This document shows, piece by piece, positions 39,001-48,613 of a stretch of DNA of 64,000 bases. The position numbers were made by a program, and so were the translations under genes. Source of the DNA: Schmidtea polychroa (Eukaryota); contig CM097885.1 in the NCBI GenBank assembly GCA_044892525.1, positions 45,820,001-45,884,000 of the forward strand, in the 5' to 3' direction. Under the pieces are notes generated by a model that saw only the letters and a list, made by a program, of their open reading frames with translations, searched no databases and was not told where the DNA came from. The first letter of the stretch is position 1. The number at the start of each line of letters is the position of its first letter.

Positions 39001-42000
39001 TAATAACAATAAACGAAGAAGGAGAAATACCAATTAACATCACAAATTTCGAGGAAGAAGACAAGATCATATATGAAAATGAACGATTGGGTAGATTAAC
39101 ACCCATGATGGATATCGAGTTACCAAAAGCCACGAACGAATCAACCACAGAAGATGAATTATGGATAATTGATAGTACCTTGCTAACAGAAAATGAAAGG
39201 GGAAAACTTCAACAATTATTAATAGAATATAAAGATATATTCGCTATTTCGGATTTAGATTTGGGAGCATGCGATGTCACGTTACACGCAATACCCCTAA
39301 TAGATGAAACCCCGATTGCACTACGCCCATACAAACTTGCGGAAAAGCAAAAAGAGATAGCCGAAGCAGAAGTGCAAAAGATGTTAGACGCAAAAGTGAT
39401 CGAACCAAGCTGTTCACCATGGCAATTTCCCGTAGTCATGGTAAAGAAAAAAGACGGTACACAGAGATTCTGTATCGATTATCGGAAACTAAATGCAGTA
39501 ACGAAAAGAGACACATACTCATTACCAGACATCAACGAGATGTTACTTATGTTACAGGGGGCCGCATACTTTACGTCTTTAGATCTAAAGAGCGGATATT
39601 GGCAGATCAAAGTCAAGGAGGAGGACAAAGAGAAAACAGCTTTCACATTGGGCCGAGATCTATACCAATTCAGGAAAATGCCATTTGGACTGACCAATGC
39701 CCCAGCATCATTTCAGAGATGCATGAATTTCGTCACACACGGGATCAAGCAGTGTATGGTATACATTGATGATTTATTAATCTATTCAGCAACATTCGAA
39801 CAACATTTGGAAGATATCAGAAACGTGTTCGTACGATTACGACAATGGAAATTGAAACTTAAACCATCAAAGTGTGATTGGGCAAAAGAGAAAGTTACGT
39901 TTTTAGGACACATAGTGTCAGCAAAAGGTAAAGAGCCAGATCCCAGAAATCTAGAGAAAATAAAAACCTGTCCAGCACCAAAAACCGTCACCCAAGTCCA
40001 AGAATTTCTCGGACTATGCGGATATTATCGTAAATTCATTAAAAACTATGCAGGCATTGCAAAACCAATCCAGGAATTAGTGAAAAAAGATATTTCATTT
40101 ATTTGGGGTGCAGAACAACAAAGAGCATTTGAGACCTTACGAGATAAATTGATTGAGGCCCCAATACTAGTACATCCAGATTTCAAGAAACCGTTCTTAT
40201 TAGCAACAGATGCAAGCGGATATGCAGCCGGAGCAATATTGGGACAACTCGATGAAGAAGGAAAGGAGAGAGTAATCGGTTATTACAGTCGAACGTTCAA
40301 AAAGCATGAGAAAAACTACTCAGTAACGGAAAGAGAAGCGTTAGCAATAATACAAGCGATTAAACATTTTCGATATTTGTTGTGGGGTCACGAAATATGC
40401 ATAACCACTGATCATCAACCATTAGTATGGCTCGGACAGCACAAAGAAGCTTCAAGCAGATTAATGCGATGGGCAATGCAGTTACAAGAATATTCACCGT
40501 TCATAAAATTCAAAGCGGGAAGAGCGAATGCCAATGCAGATTGTATGTCAAGATTTATCTTTCCAGACTTAGTAGATCACGAAATGCAACGAATATGTCT
40601 GATGGTAGCGGAAGATTTAGATTTTTGCCAATTACGAAAAGACCAACAAGAGGATACAGAGTTTAAGCAAATTATTGAATATGTGAAAACAGGGAAAGCG
40701 GAGGTATATGAGAAAGATCAAAAACTGAAAGAACATATGGATAAACATCGACATCGATATATAATAGAAAAGGATTGGTTATTAATAATGGATGGAGAAA
40801 AAAGACTGATGTGCATTCCAGAAAATAGACGTAAAGATTTGCTAACACAATATCATGACGGAAGACTCGGAGGACATATGTCATCAAAAAAGACATTGGC
40901 ACGAATGAAACAAAAATACTTCTGGCCTACATTGAGTGAAGACGTAACGGAATGGGTGAAAAATTGTATAACTTGCGCGACCAGAAAAAACACGGGAACA
41001 AAATGGAAAGCACCATTAAAGCCAATGCCAGTACCAGCCGAACCAATGACAATGATATCAATGGACGTAGTCGGTCCACTACCAGAATCAGATAGAGGGA
41101 ATATATACATATTGGTGATCACAGATTATTTAACGAAATTCCCGGAAGCATTCGCTATGGCAGACCAGAAAGCGAAAACAATCGCAAAAATACTAGTAGA
41201 GGAAATATGCTGTCGATATGGAACACCAAAACAGATACTAACTGATCAAGGAACAAATTTCATGAGTGAAATAATGAGCGAAATAACCAATTACTTCAAG
41301 ATCGCAAAATTAAGAACATCACCATATCATCCACAAACAAATGGTATGACAGAAAGATTCAATGGAACATTGATTCAAATGTTATCAAATTATGTCGATC
41401 GTCATCAACGAGACTGGGATGAATACATAAAATTATGTTTAATGGCTTACAGAATGTCAATTCACGCGTCCACAAAGATGAGTCCGTTCAAGTTGATGTA
41501 CGGCAGAGAATGCAATATGCCAATGGATTTAGAGTACCAACCACCAATATCGCAGTACATGGAAATAGACGATTATGTAACAAAGTTCAAGGAAAGAATG
41601 CAGGAAATCTGGGAAACTGCAGGATTGAATATAAAGTTTTATCAGGAAAGTTATAAAGATTTACATGATAGAAAGAAAAACGTCAAACAACATACATTCC
41701 AAACCGGTGATTGGGTGATGATTGAAACGCCAGAATTGATCCCAGGAACCACCAAAAAATTACAACGAAATGGCAAAGGGCCATATGAGATTTTATTCGT
41801 CGGAGAAACCAACGTGAGAGTACGAGTGGTAAATAATCCTTTTACAAGGCCAATATATGTAAATGTGGCACGATGTAAGCCAATACCGAAAACGGCCACC
41901 AGTCAGCCGGAAGGACGTACATTAACCACAAGATCACAAACGTATAGAATAAATATGTTACAACGGATAAACGAACCAACAAACAATCGATTGGGATTAC

Positions 42001-43262
42001 AACCATCAGAATCCGAGAAAATCATAAAAGAGGTAAAAGCTAAAATACCCGGATGGGCAAAAGATAGATTAGATTTTGAGATATTGGGAGGTCTGCTAAC
42101 AATGATAGAAAACTATGCTAATCGAGAAAGAACACACCCATTGCTCAGGGTAGTTAAAAGCCAATGGCCTATATTATTCACGATCACAGATCACTACGGA
42201 GATACATCACTGCACAAGCTTTTAAAGGTGGGTAATAACGAACAAATACTAGAAACAATTGAAGCCTTTCGCGATTGTAACATTTCGACAGATCAAGAAA
42301 ACAATCAAGGTTACACTCCACTAATGATAGCAGCAAATCGAGATAAAACTAAGAATATCATAATAGCATTACTAGAAACCGGATCAAAGATAACCACACA
42401 AGACCACGATCAGAAAAATGCACTACATCATGCAATCGAAGGAAAAAGCACCGAAGCATTCATAACCTTGGTAGATCTATTGACATACGAGGATAACAGA
42501 GGAATAAGAAACATGTACGACGGGTTATTAACCGCTATCAAAGGGAAATTAATAACAATTACTCGAATACTAATTTCGTGGAGCAACCCGATCAAAAACG
42601 ATTATATGGTAAACATAAACGAAACATTTACCAAAGGAGAAAACACCTTGATGAGAGAAGCAATGAGAGGACATCACCTATTTGAAATCCCAAATCAACT
42701 ATTACAGCGAGGTATAAAGTTCTCAAACCATAAAGACGAACACCTGATCAGAAAGCGAATCACTAATTTTGAGAAATCCATATCTCAATTCACCGATAGA
42801 GTACAAGTAAAATATTGGGAAACCGTGAGTGTTTTATATATGATGGAAACTATGAATAACATTCGAGAAAACTACCTAAGTATTATTCAAGTTCTTACGG
42901 CAGAGGAACGCATTAACAGTTCAAACAAGAAAAAGATAAAAATAAAGAAAGTAAAAGCAAAGGAGTCTGAGGAACAAATCGATCAAATAATAACGGACAT
43001 GACAACGACAGGTAAAACCAGGATAATAAATTCAGACCAAGAGATAATAATACGCAAAGCCAAAGAGGTGTTCTTTGAAGAAATGCGAGATTTATCTGAT
43101 GAAGCAATACTAATAAAAATAATAAAAACAGTACATACCTACGCAAGAGATCAAACTACAAATTTAGACATAGGAAAAATAAAAACATTCATACCACTAG
43201 CATTCACCATACCAACAAAAGATTCAAGAACACCATTACAACAAGCAATATTAGCAGCATAA
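36075..43262 (+). CDS. pol: Env-Pol-ankyrin polyprotein: chuvirus-like glycoprotein, PR, RT, RNase H, integrase, ankyrin repeats
   Basis: Signal peptide then FTIYDC, Cys-rich ectodomain, TM ~37827-37900. DTG 38544, YIDD 39762, TDAS, H2C2, TDQGTNF, ERFNGTL; then GDTSLH, GYTPLMIAA and NALHHA ankyrin repeats. Confidence 0.95.
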   Translation: MKDPASRKASINSLMMTMMIWMLCTSGASGFTIYDCDNSIMGEKYSLRDIEECRQASPNKLDVVKTKVSYHVYQESDFIRTQARECVVSKKVLAYYCGQYSYSTLILPGLDKEIVPIQREDCKELFRTGAMRIRDGVTIHGQSGMIKTESIYVAGRVKSTDGSCNGGTYTIRGEVISGVVVIESYTVELKEYEAQFDANNYQMKTNPACKATENVCRTGISTIIYEANTQKCRLQLLKSALFNEVKGEIYENEDDDEENGNVRMRNGKPVPPSPKEKRLTTQKTPTALITDDPDIGMRFIREKETTKCDSIVYRTNYAGIYMSRQVIDRAVGKISTEDVKLYLYANNKMDFLFHRGQTTIQKVYYDLIQNDCYLNKEILKTKLAIAITHPDNVMPSLPLPDGHFGRMVGEVMYTYACTKTFARMPRKPTIPPGECANELEISYKGRNRFVQPVTRIMNPIGFYPNTFNCSNAYGPLYEKPDGKWIMLPVKTEVQEPKKFGLIELATEQDFKPIDVSKAGMYSAEDLETARLNVLFPARRESILSNMVTITGGTNFQSGPNYELLLSPDHFQQVTSNMMKAMWGRFLVFGQMMAGILGIILIIQIVRVILTQMLACFDIYKREKKVNWKLIVGFLPFLAKTMVLHGHSKDIHRIKRLIKILTKIKGTDEEVGRRFRKTMYEEATRVQLKKNKPKFLDRFRNRSNSSDSDDDDNGNDKHPYPSRNPNERQIETAPYWEKEKTNTWIANGSYIPPDIVGQQAALTMTQNMYPQLPSQPGMNYMPTRRTKSVDQADDVRTIAVMSSPGGAAVTVMVQINGKETSAMIDTGANVSAIAINQIPSKYWKDIEQTTIHIIACSKETVDVVGRWWTTLRYQDNEIETYLAVIPKLSEPCIIGTDLMPELFKEVVIDLTTMCLKDKMGRICKMNAIIRCPEKIIVPTKSQMICQIKVDTGMEGEAIFEPSKSFEKRRELPLAREIITINEEGEIPINITNFEEEDKIIYENERLGRLTPMMDIELPKATNESTTEDELWIIDSTLLTENERGKLQQLLIEYKDIFAISDLDLGACDVTLHAIPLIDETPIALRPYKLAEKQKEIAEAEVQKMLDAKVIEPSCSPWQFPVVMVKKKDGTQRFCIDYRKLNAVTKRDTYSLPDINEMLLMLQGAAYFTSLDLKSGYWQIKVKEEDKEKTAFTLGRDLYQFRKMPFGLTNAPASFQRCMNFVTHGIKQCMVYIDDLLIYSATFEQHLEDIRNVFVRLRQWKLKLKPSKCDWAKEKVTFLGHIVSAKGKEPDPRNLEKIKTCPAPKTVTQVQEFLGLCGYYRKFIKNYAGIAKPIQELVKKDISFIWGAEQQRAFETLRDKLIEAPILVHPDFKKPFLLATDASGYAAGAILGQLDEEGKERVIGYYSRTFKKHEKNYSVTEREALAIIQAIKHFRYLLWGHEICITTDHQPLVWLGQHKEASSRLMRWAMQLQEYSPFIKFKAGRANANADCMSRFIFPDLVDHEMQRICLMVAEDLDFCQLRKDQQEDTEFKQIIEYVKTGKAEVYEKDQKLKEHMDKHRHRYIIEKDWLLIMDGEKRLMCIPENRRKDLLTQYHDGRLGGHMSSKKTLARMKQKYFWPTLSEDVTEWVKNCITCATRKNTGTKWKAPLKPMPVPAEPMTMISMDVVGPLPESDRGNIYILVITDYLTKFPEAFAMADQKAKTIAKILVEEICCRYGTPKQILTDQGTNFMSEIMSEITNYFKIAKLRTSPYHPQTNGMTERFNGTLIQMLSNYVDRHQRDWDEYIKLCLMAYRMSIHASTKMSPFKLMYGRECNMPMDLEYQPPISQYMEIDDYVTKFKERMQEIWETAGLNIKFYQESYKDLHDRKKNVKQHTFQTGDWVMIETPELIPGTTKKLQRNGKGPYEILFVGETNVRVRVVNNPFTRPIYVNVARCKPIPKTATSQPEGRTLTTRSQTYRINMLQRINEPTNNRLGLQPSESEKIIKEVKAKIPGWAKDRLDFEILGGLLTMIENYANRERTHPLLRVVKSQWPILFTITDHYGDTSLHKLLKVGNNEQILETIEAFRDCNISTDQENNQGYTPLMIAANRDKTKNIIIALLETGSKITTQDHDQKNALHHAIEGKSTEAFITLVDLLTYEDNRGIRNMYDGLLTAIKGKLITITRILISWSNPIKNDYMVNINETFTKGENTLMREAMRGHHLFEIPNQLLQRGIKFSNHKDEHLIRKRITNFEKSISQFTDRVQVKYWETVSVLYMMETMNNIRENYLSIIQVLTAEERINSSNKKKIKIKKVKAKESEEQIDQIITDMTTTGKTRIINSDQEIIIRKAKEVFFEEMRDLSDEAILIKIIKTVHTYARDQTTNLDIGKIKTFIPLAFTIPTKDSRTPLQQAILAA

Positions 43263-45182
43263 GAAAACAGAGCAATAACCATCATAAGAATTCTTAGAGA
43301 TTTAGGAGAAGAATCAAACGCAAAAAATGAACAAGGAGAAACAGCAATGATGTATGCAGCAATAACAAATATACACCCGAAAACATTACATGTACTACAT
43401 CAATCAGGATCAAGACTGGACGAAACATCGAATGAAGGAAACTCCACCATGGATTGGGCAACAATACAACCAAACTTGGAAATGATTAGATTCATCTGTA
43501 AAAATGCTACAAGAACTGAGGTGGAAAATATCTGTAAAAGTACGTCACAATTCCAGTGGAATACGATACGGAAAATCTTAGAGGCCATGAAGTTACTGTT
43601 AACATGGAAAATACCGCAAAGTAATAAATATGCAATAAATATAAATGAGTTCTATGAAAACGGAGAAAATGCCATGGTTAAAAATACATTAACAAAAGGA
43701 GGAACTCCGAAAATCATAATGATCGTATTGAACAGAGAAGACCTCAAATTCACGCAAAATCAAAACGAACAAAAGCGAATCGGAAAACATCGTCGTATAC
43801 AATTGAGAGAACTGGTAAAAGAATGGAATAGAACGAGACACGCGGCAACGGGAAGAAAAGAATTCGAATTCGAAGCAAAGTTGGCTAGAAATAGAGTGCT
43901 AACAGCATATCGCAGATTGTTGAACGATATAAATGTCGAGGACGACATTTTAAACGACAGCGGGGGAGATAAAGACGATAAAGACGACGATAAGGATGAA
44001 AAAGGACGAAACGATGACAGGGAAAAAAGGAAACCAGAAGAGAATAATCAAGGGAATAACGACTCAAGTATGGAAAGGAAGGAAAATAAACTGGGAAACC
44101 AAACAAAAGAAGAGGAAAAGGCGAATAATGGAAAACAGAGGGTATGCCTACTTTTCACCAACAAAGAAATGGAGACAAATATGATAATAATGATACTCGT
44201 ATTAACAATGGTGGAAATGATAACAGCCCATGGAGGAATGAGAACGATAAAAGAAGCCAAAGAAACGGAAAATAAGGACAACAAAGAGGAAGAACTAAAA
44301 CAAGAAAAGAAAAAGCAAGTACAAGAGCAACAATGGGATCTAAAAGAAGAATGGGATTTAAAAGAAAGGTGTATATTAGGAAGATGCATGTCTAGAGCTT
44401 ATCAGAGACTAGTGTCAAAAAATGAAGACGCGGAACCAATAACGGAAGTGGGAATACAAGAAGCATACCAACATCGAAACGGGAAGAAAATAACAAAAGT
44501 CAAATGGAAAGAGGTACACCTGAGTAAAGGAGGTGAGATAGTGATAACACAGCTTCAACCAAGAAAAGAGCACAAAGTGTGTATCTCAAGGTTAGGACCC
44601 GGAGAAAACTGTCTACAATATGTAACACAACAACAACCACCAAAGGAATATACGGTCTGTATCCTGAGAAACGATCCAGAAAGAGAATGTCGACGATACC
44701 CTGGGAAAAGAGGGAGGAAAAGAAAATTCAATGATGAAAAAGATGAGCAAGGAAAACGCAAGAAAACCAGTGAGAAATATCAGGACAATTATGTGTCAGA
44801 GGAAGAGATGGAAAAAATACAAAAGATGGCAAAGGAAGGTATGAACGAGGAGATAGCAAGAATACGAGGAATGATAAAAGGAAATAGCAAAGGCAGTAAT
44901 CCGAAAAGTACAGAGACAATATCAACAATAACGAACAAGGAAAAATTGGAAATTATAAGCGTAAAACAGATTATGTGGATCAGCGGAATAATAATAACAG
45001 GGGCCTTTATAATCATTACGGGGGGGACAATAAAAATAATCAAAGATAGACGGCATCACGGAGAACTAGAGATGACCAGAATGAGAAATTTTCAACATCG
45101 TGTAGAACGACCAAGTAGTATCAAGCAGGAACAGTGGGTGGAGGCCTGGAATGCTCAGCGCCCTCCAAACTCACGTATATAG
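43263..45182 (+). CDS. In-frame continuation of the polyprotein: ankyrin repeats and a type I membrane protein
   Basis: Same frame as 36075; TAA 43260-43262 falls inside an ankyrin repeat (TPLQQAILAA*ENRAITIIRIL...GETAMMYAA). Hydrophobic MIIMILVLTMVEM and IMWISGIIITGAFIII segments follow. Confidence 0.75.
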   Translation, partial: ENRAITIIRILRDLGEESNAKNEQGETAMMYAAITNIHPKTLHVLHQSGSRLDETSNEGNSTMDWATIQPNLEMIRFICKNATRTEVENICKSTSQFQWNTIRKILEAMKLLLTWKIPQSNKYAININEFYENGENAMVKNTLTKGGTPKIIMIVLNREDLKFTQNQNEQKRIGKHRRIQLRELVKEWNRTRHAATGRKEFEFEAKLARNRVLTAYRRLLNDINVEDDILNDSGGDKDDKDDDKDEKGRNDDREKRKPEENNQGNNDSSMERKENKLGNQTKEEEKANNGKQRVCLLFTNKEMETNMIIMILVLTMVEMITAHGGMRTIKEAKETENKDNKEEELKQEKKKQVQEQQWDLKEEWDLKERCILGRCMSRAYQRLVSKNEDAEPITEVGIQEAYQHRNGKKITKVKWKEVHLSKGGEIVITQLQPRKEHKVCISRLGPGENCLQYVTQQQPPKEYTVCILRNDPERECRRYPGKRGRKRKFNDEKDEQGKRKKTSEKYQDNYVSEEEMEKIQKMAKEGMNEEIARIRGMIKGNSKGSNPKSTETISTITNKEKLEIISVKQIMWISGIIITGAFIIITGGTIKIIKDRRHHGELEMTRMRNFQHRVERPSSIKQEQWVEAWNAQRPPNSRI

Positions 45183-45350
45183 AAAGGATTATGACTGTAT
45201 ATAGATTGTAAAAAGTAAGTAAGAAATATTTATTTATATAACAGTATTCTATATTTTTATATAAGCGCGGTATCAATATTATATAATGATGGGGATAAAT
45301 AATATAAAAATAAAATTGGATAAGGGTTGAAAAGTATATATAAATTAAGA

Positions 45351-45710
45351 ATGGAGCGAATAGGCGAGGAAGTAAATCACAATACGACAACCGAAGAGAT
45401 GTGGAAACAACAATGTGCAAGGTTAACTCAAGTGATTTCGAATTTACAAGAACAAGGACTCGCGGTACAAAGAAGCTTAGTCGAAAGTTTAAATAAAGGC
45501 TTCAGTTATGTAAGAATAATCGAAGACCAACGAATAAAAATGGAGCAAATGCAGCAAGAAATAGAGCGTATAACGCGATACAGCCAGGGACAGGAAGAGG
45601 AGTTAATGAGAATCGCTGAAGAGATGGAGCGAGAAGAGATAGAAGACTGGTCAGAATGGTTAACCAGTAGGGAGGAGGGCAGACAAGAGGCCGACTCTTC
45701 CAGCCAATAA
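45351..45710 (+). CDS. Accessory coiled-coil protein
   Basis: ATG 45351 after a TATA-rich spacer; heptad-like E/Q-rich sequence. Confidence 0.55.
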   Translation: MERIGEEVNHNTTTEEMWKQQCARLTQVISNLQEQGLAVQRSLVESLNKGFSYVRIIEDQRIKMEQMQQEIERITRYSQGQEEELMRIAEEMEREEIEDWSEWLTSREEGRQEADSSSQ

Positions 45711-45799
45711 ATATAACCTAAAACAACAATGTAAATAACTGTAAATAAAAATACGAAACTGTACCAGTAACGAATATATGTATATATATAATTATAGAA

Positions 45800-47188
45800 A
45801 TGGATAAGCGACAACGAGAAGAATTCAAAGAGATTGTCGAACAAGTCAGAAAGTCCACCACAATTCGAATACACAACCATGTAACGTGTGGAATATGCAA
45901 GGGATTGTTAAAAGAACCTCACCAAACCAGATGTGGATGCAGAATGTGCAAAGAATGTGTAGAGGAGATAATAAAGAAGGGACCACAATGGTGCCCAGTA
46001 TGTAAAGAAACCATGATAACAAGTTTGGGAGATACAAACGAAGATAAAGCAGCCGTGAAAGATATGTTAAATGCAAATTTAGGATGTAAAAACACCCCAT
46101 GCAATTGGCGAAGAGTGATATGGGAAGTGAGGCAACATATGGAGCAATGTGAGTATAAAATCAGTCAATGCAAACGTTGGCAAGAAGAGATTAAAGTCAA
46201 GGAAGAAGCAGAACATCAAAGTCGATGCGAAGAAAGACTGGAGAAATGTGAGTATTGCGGAGAAACCGACACCTGGAAAAAACTAATCAGTCAACATCAT
46301 AATTTACAAGAAGAAAAAGTATGCGCAGAATTCAGAGGAGAATGTCCCAATAAATGCGATAAATCTGGAGTAATAAAACTCGCTCAACATCTCAGAGAAT
46401 GTGAAAGGAAAAAGATAACGTGTGTGCTAGGAAAATGGGGATGTCAGAAACAATTACACCGAGGAGAATTACCCCAACATCTAGCAGAAAACGTATCAAC
46501 ACACGCGGAAATATGGTCAACAGTATTACAAGAAAACGAAAAGAAAACCGAAAACTTAGAAAAGGAAATAGTCTCGCTAAAAGCGTTGGTAAAAGAGTTA
46601 TTGGAAGAAAAGGAAGCATTTGAAGAGGCGAGAACAAGTACAAAGATACGGACTGACTTAGTTGAAACCAGCAATAATATGGTGAAGGAACTACATCAAA
46701 AAGTGAGCGAATTGAACCTCAACGAATTGATACCAACGGCTCCATACATATGGAAAATAACGGGAGTAAAAGAGAAGATGCAGAGAGCGAGAAATGGAAA
46801 GGATACAACATTACTAAGTCCAGCATTCTACTCATGGAAAAACGGGTATAAAATGAAAATGAAAGCATACCCCAACGGGAATGGAAGTGCATACGGAACA
46901 CATTTCTCAGTATTCTTCTTGATGTGCAAAGGGCTATACGACGAGTTAATAGAATGGCCATTCAAAGCAAAAATAGACCTCGCAATGATGAACCATCAAA
47001 GTATACATGAACAGAGTTTCCATACAGCGGGAAACCTCGTATGTTACCAAAGGCCCTTGGAAGAAGAAGGACCAGCAACCGGAGCACCGAATTTCATCCT
47101 ACAGCGGAAAGTAGAAGACATGACGAGAAACGACACTATATACATAAAAATAGCGGTGAGGCGAGACGGGAAGAGTAGGACTGAGTAG
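45800..47188 (+). CDS. Full-length TRAF-like protein (RING, TRAF zinc fingers, coiled coil, MATH)
   Basis: CGIC..LLKEP.QT.CG.RMC..C...CPVC; CPNKC, HL.EC; YIWKI, SPAFY, GYKM, YPNGNG..GTHFSVF, WPF. Intronless. Confidence 0.93.
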   Translation: MDKRQREEFKEIVEQVRKSTTIRIHNHVTCGICKGLLKEPHQTRCGCRMCKECVEEIIKKGPQWCPVCKETMITSLGDTNEDKAAVKDMLNANLGCKNTPCNWRRVIWEVRQHMEQCEYKISQCKRWQEEIKVKEEAEHQSRCEERLEKCEYCGETDTWKKLISQHHNLQEEKVCAEFRGECPNKCDKSGVIKLAQHLRECERKKITCVLGKWGCQKQLHRGELPQHLAENVSTHAEIWSTVLQENEKKTENLEKEIVSLKALVKELLEEKEAFEEARTSTKIRTDLVETSNNMVKELHQKVSELNLNELIPTAPYIWKITGVKEKMQRARNGKDTTLLSPAFYSWKNGYKMKMKAYPNGNGSAYGTHFSVFFLMCKGLYDELIEWPFKAKIDLAMMNHQSIHEQSFHTAGNLVCYQRPLEEEGPATGAPNFILQRKVEDMTRNDTIYIKIAVRRDGKSRTE

Positions 47189-47400
47189 AGAGACGAATAA
47201 TTTTGTATATACTAAATTGTAATTATCGGCGTATTTATCCAGTAAAATATTATATAATAGTGTAGAAAAACCCCCAAATCTACTAAAGGTAAACTTAAGC
47301 GGAAAATTTCTAAAAACAACCCACCTATATCGAATTGTAACAATAAATAAATAATAGAAATGTGCGACGTTGAGTTGATAATATCGTTATTCAGACAAAA

Positions 47401-48438
47401 ATGACACAGGAACGAACCGAAGTCCCAAATAACGAAATAAAAATCAGCAGAGTGCACCGAGAAAGATGGGCCAAAGTGATGGCACAATTATCAAACCAAA
47501 CGCGAAATTTCCTCGAAGAAGCGAGAGAATGGGAAAACCACCAGTTCCAGTGGTTAGTGCAGAATTTACGAGCGGAGGCCGAGGCCTGCAAAAGAGCCGC
47601 TAAATGGTCAGCATTAGAAAGTACCAGGCAAGAGGCACACGGGCATTACCTGAAGCAACTGGTACAGGAGTCAAGAAAAAGACTCACTGATGAGAATAAG
47701 AAGCGGGAAATAGAAAAACAAAAGGAGGAAAGGAAGACCCGTCAACTATTAGCAGAAGCCAGAAAGTGGAAAAAACAACATCGAGAGATTAAAAAAGAAA
47801 TGAGGGAATTACCTCAGAAATTGGAGTACGAGAGTGAACAAGGGAAATGGGAAGAAAGTCTGGATCAGAGAGAAGAGCTAAGAAGGCTCCGAAAAATCGC
47901 CGCTAGAAGTCAAACCTGGCAGACCAAGGCCATGGAATTTGAAAGGCATCTGGCCATGAAACTGTCTATGAAGGAACAGGAGAATACCGCCATGGAAGAG
48001 ATGATTCTGCAACAGTCAGGTAGAATCGTTGAACTCGTAAATAAGGTGGCAGACCTTGAAAGAGACAATAACGGCTATAAGGGGGCACTAGAACAAAGGA
48101 ATATAGTGCTAGCCGGTAAGAACAAGAAATTAGAAAACGAGAGGAAGATGTATGACGAAAATATCAAGAACCTCGAAAAGGAGATCAAAAAATGGGAGAA
48201 CGGCGAAAAAGCGGAAGAGTTAGAAAAACAGATCGAAGTAAGGGACGACGAAACCAGGTATCTAACATACCTGTTGGACGAGGAACTCAATGTGTCAAGA
48301 GCGTTAAGAGACGAAGTTCAGGAGCTTAGAGCACAGATTCCCCGGTACTACATCCCATTCGATCCCATCGCAATCCAACTACAAACGTCAATAGAAAGCG
48401 ACGAAGGGTATGTAGGCCAGGAAGAAACCTTTGTATAA
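47401..48438 (+). CDS. Accessory coiled-coil protein (345 aa)
   Basis: Long open frame, E/K/R-rich helical sequence. Confidence 0.65.
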   Translation: MTQERTEVPNNEIKISRVHRERWAKVMAQLSNQTRNFLEEAREWENHQFQWLVQNLRAEAEACKRAAKWSALESTRQEAHGHYLKQLVQESRKRLTDENKKREIEKQKEERKTRQLLAEARKWKKQHREIKKEMRELPQKLEYESEQGKWEESLDQREELRRLRKIAARSQTWQTKAMEFERHLAMKLSMKEQENTAMEEMILQQSGRIVELVNKVADLERDNNGYKGALEQRNIVLAGKNKKLENERKMYDENIKNLEKEIKKWENGEKAEELEKQIEVRDDETRYLTYLLDEELNVSRALRDEVQELRAQIPRYYIPFDPIAIQLQTSIESDEGYVGQEETFV

Positions 48439-48613
48439 AGATAAATAGAAAGATAAAAATATAAAAATCGGGACCTATATCCCAAACAAAAAAATTAATA
48501 GTACGATAAAAGTATTTACGGGTCTGTAACCCTGATTAGATAAAACTGCATATAAATGTATAAGTATAAGCCGCACTGTAGCGCAATTATTAATTATGTA
48601 TATATTATAGAAA

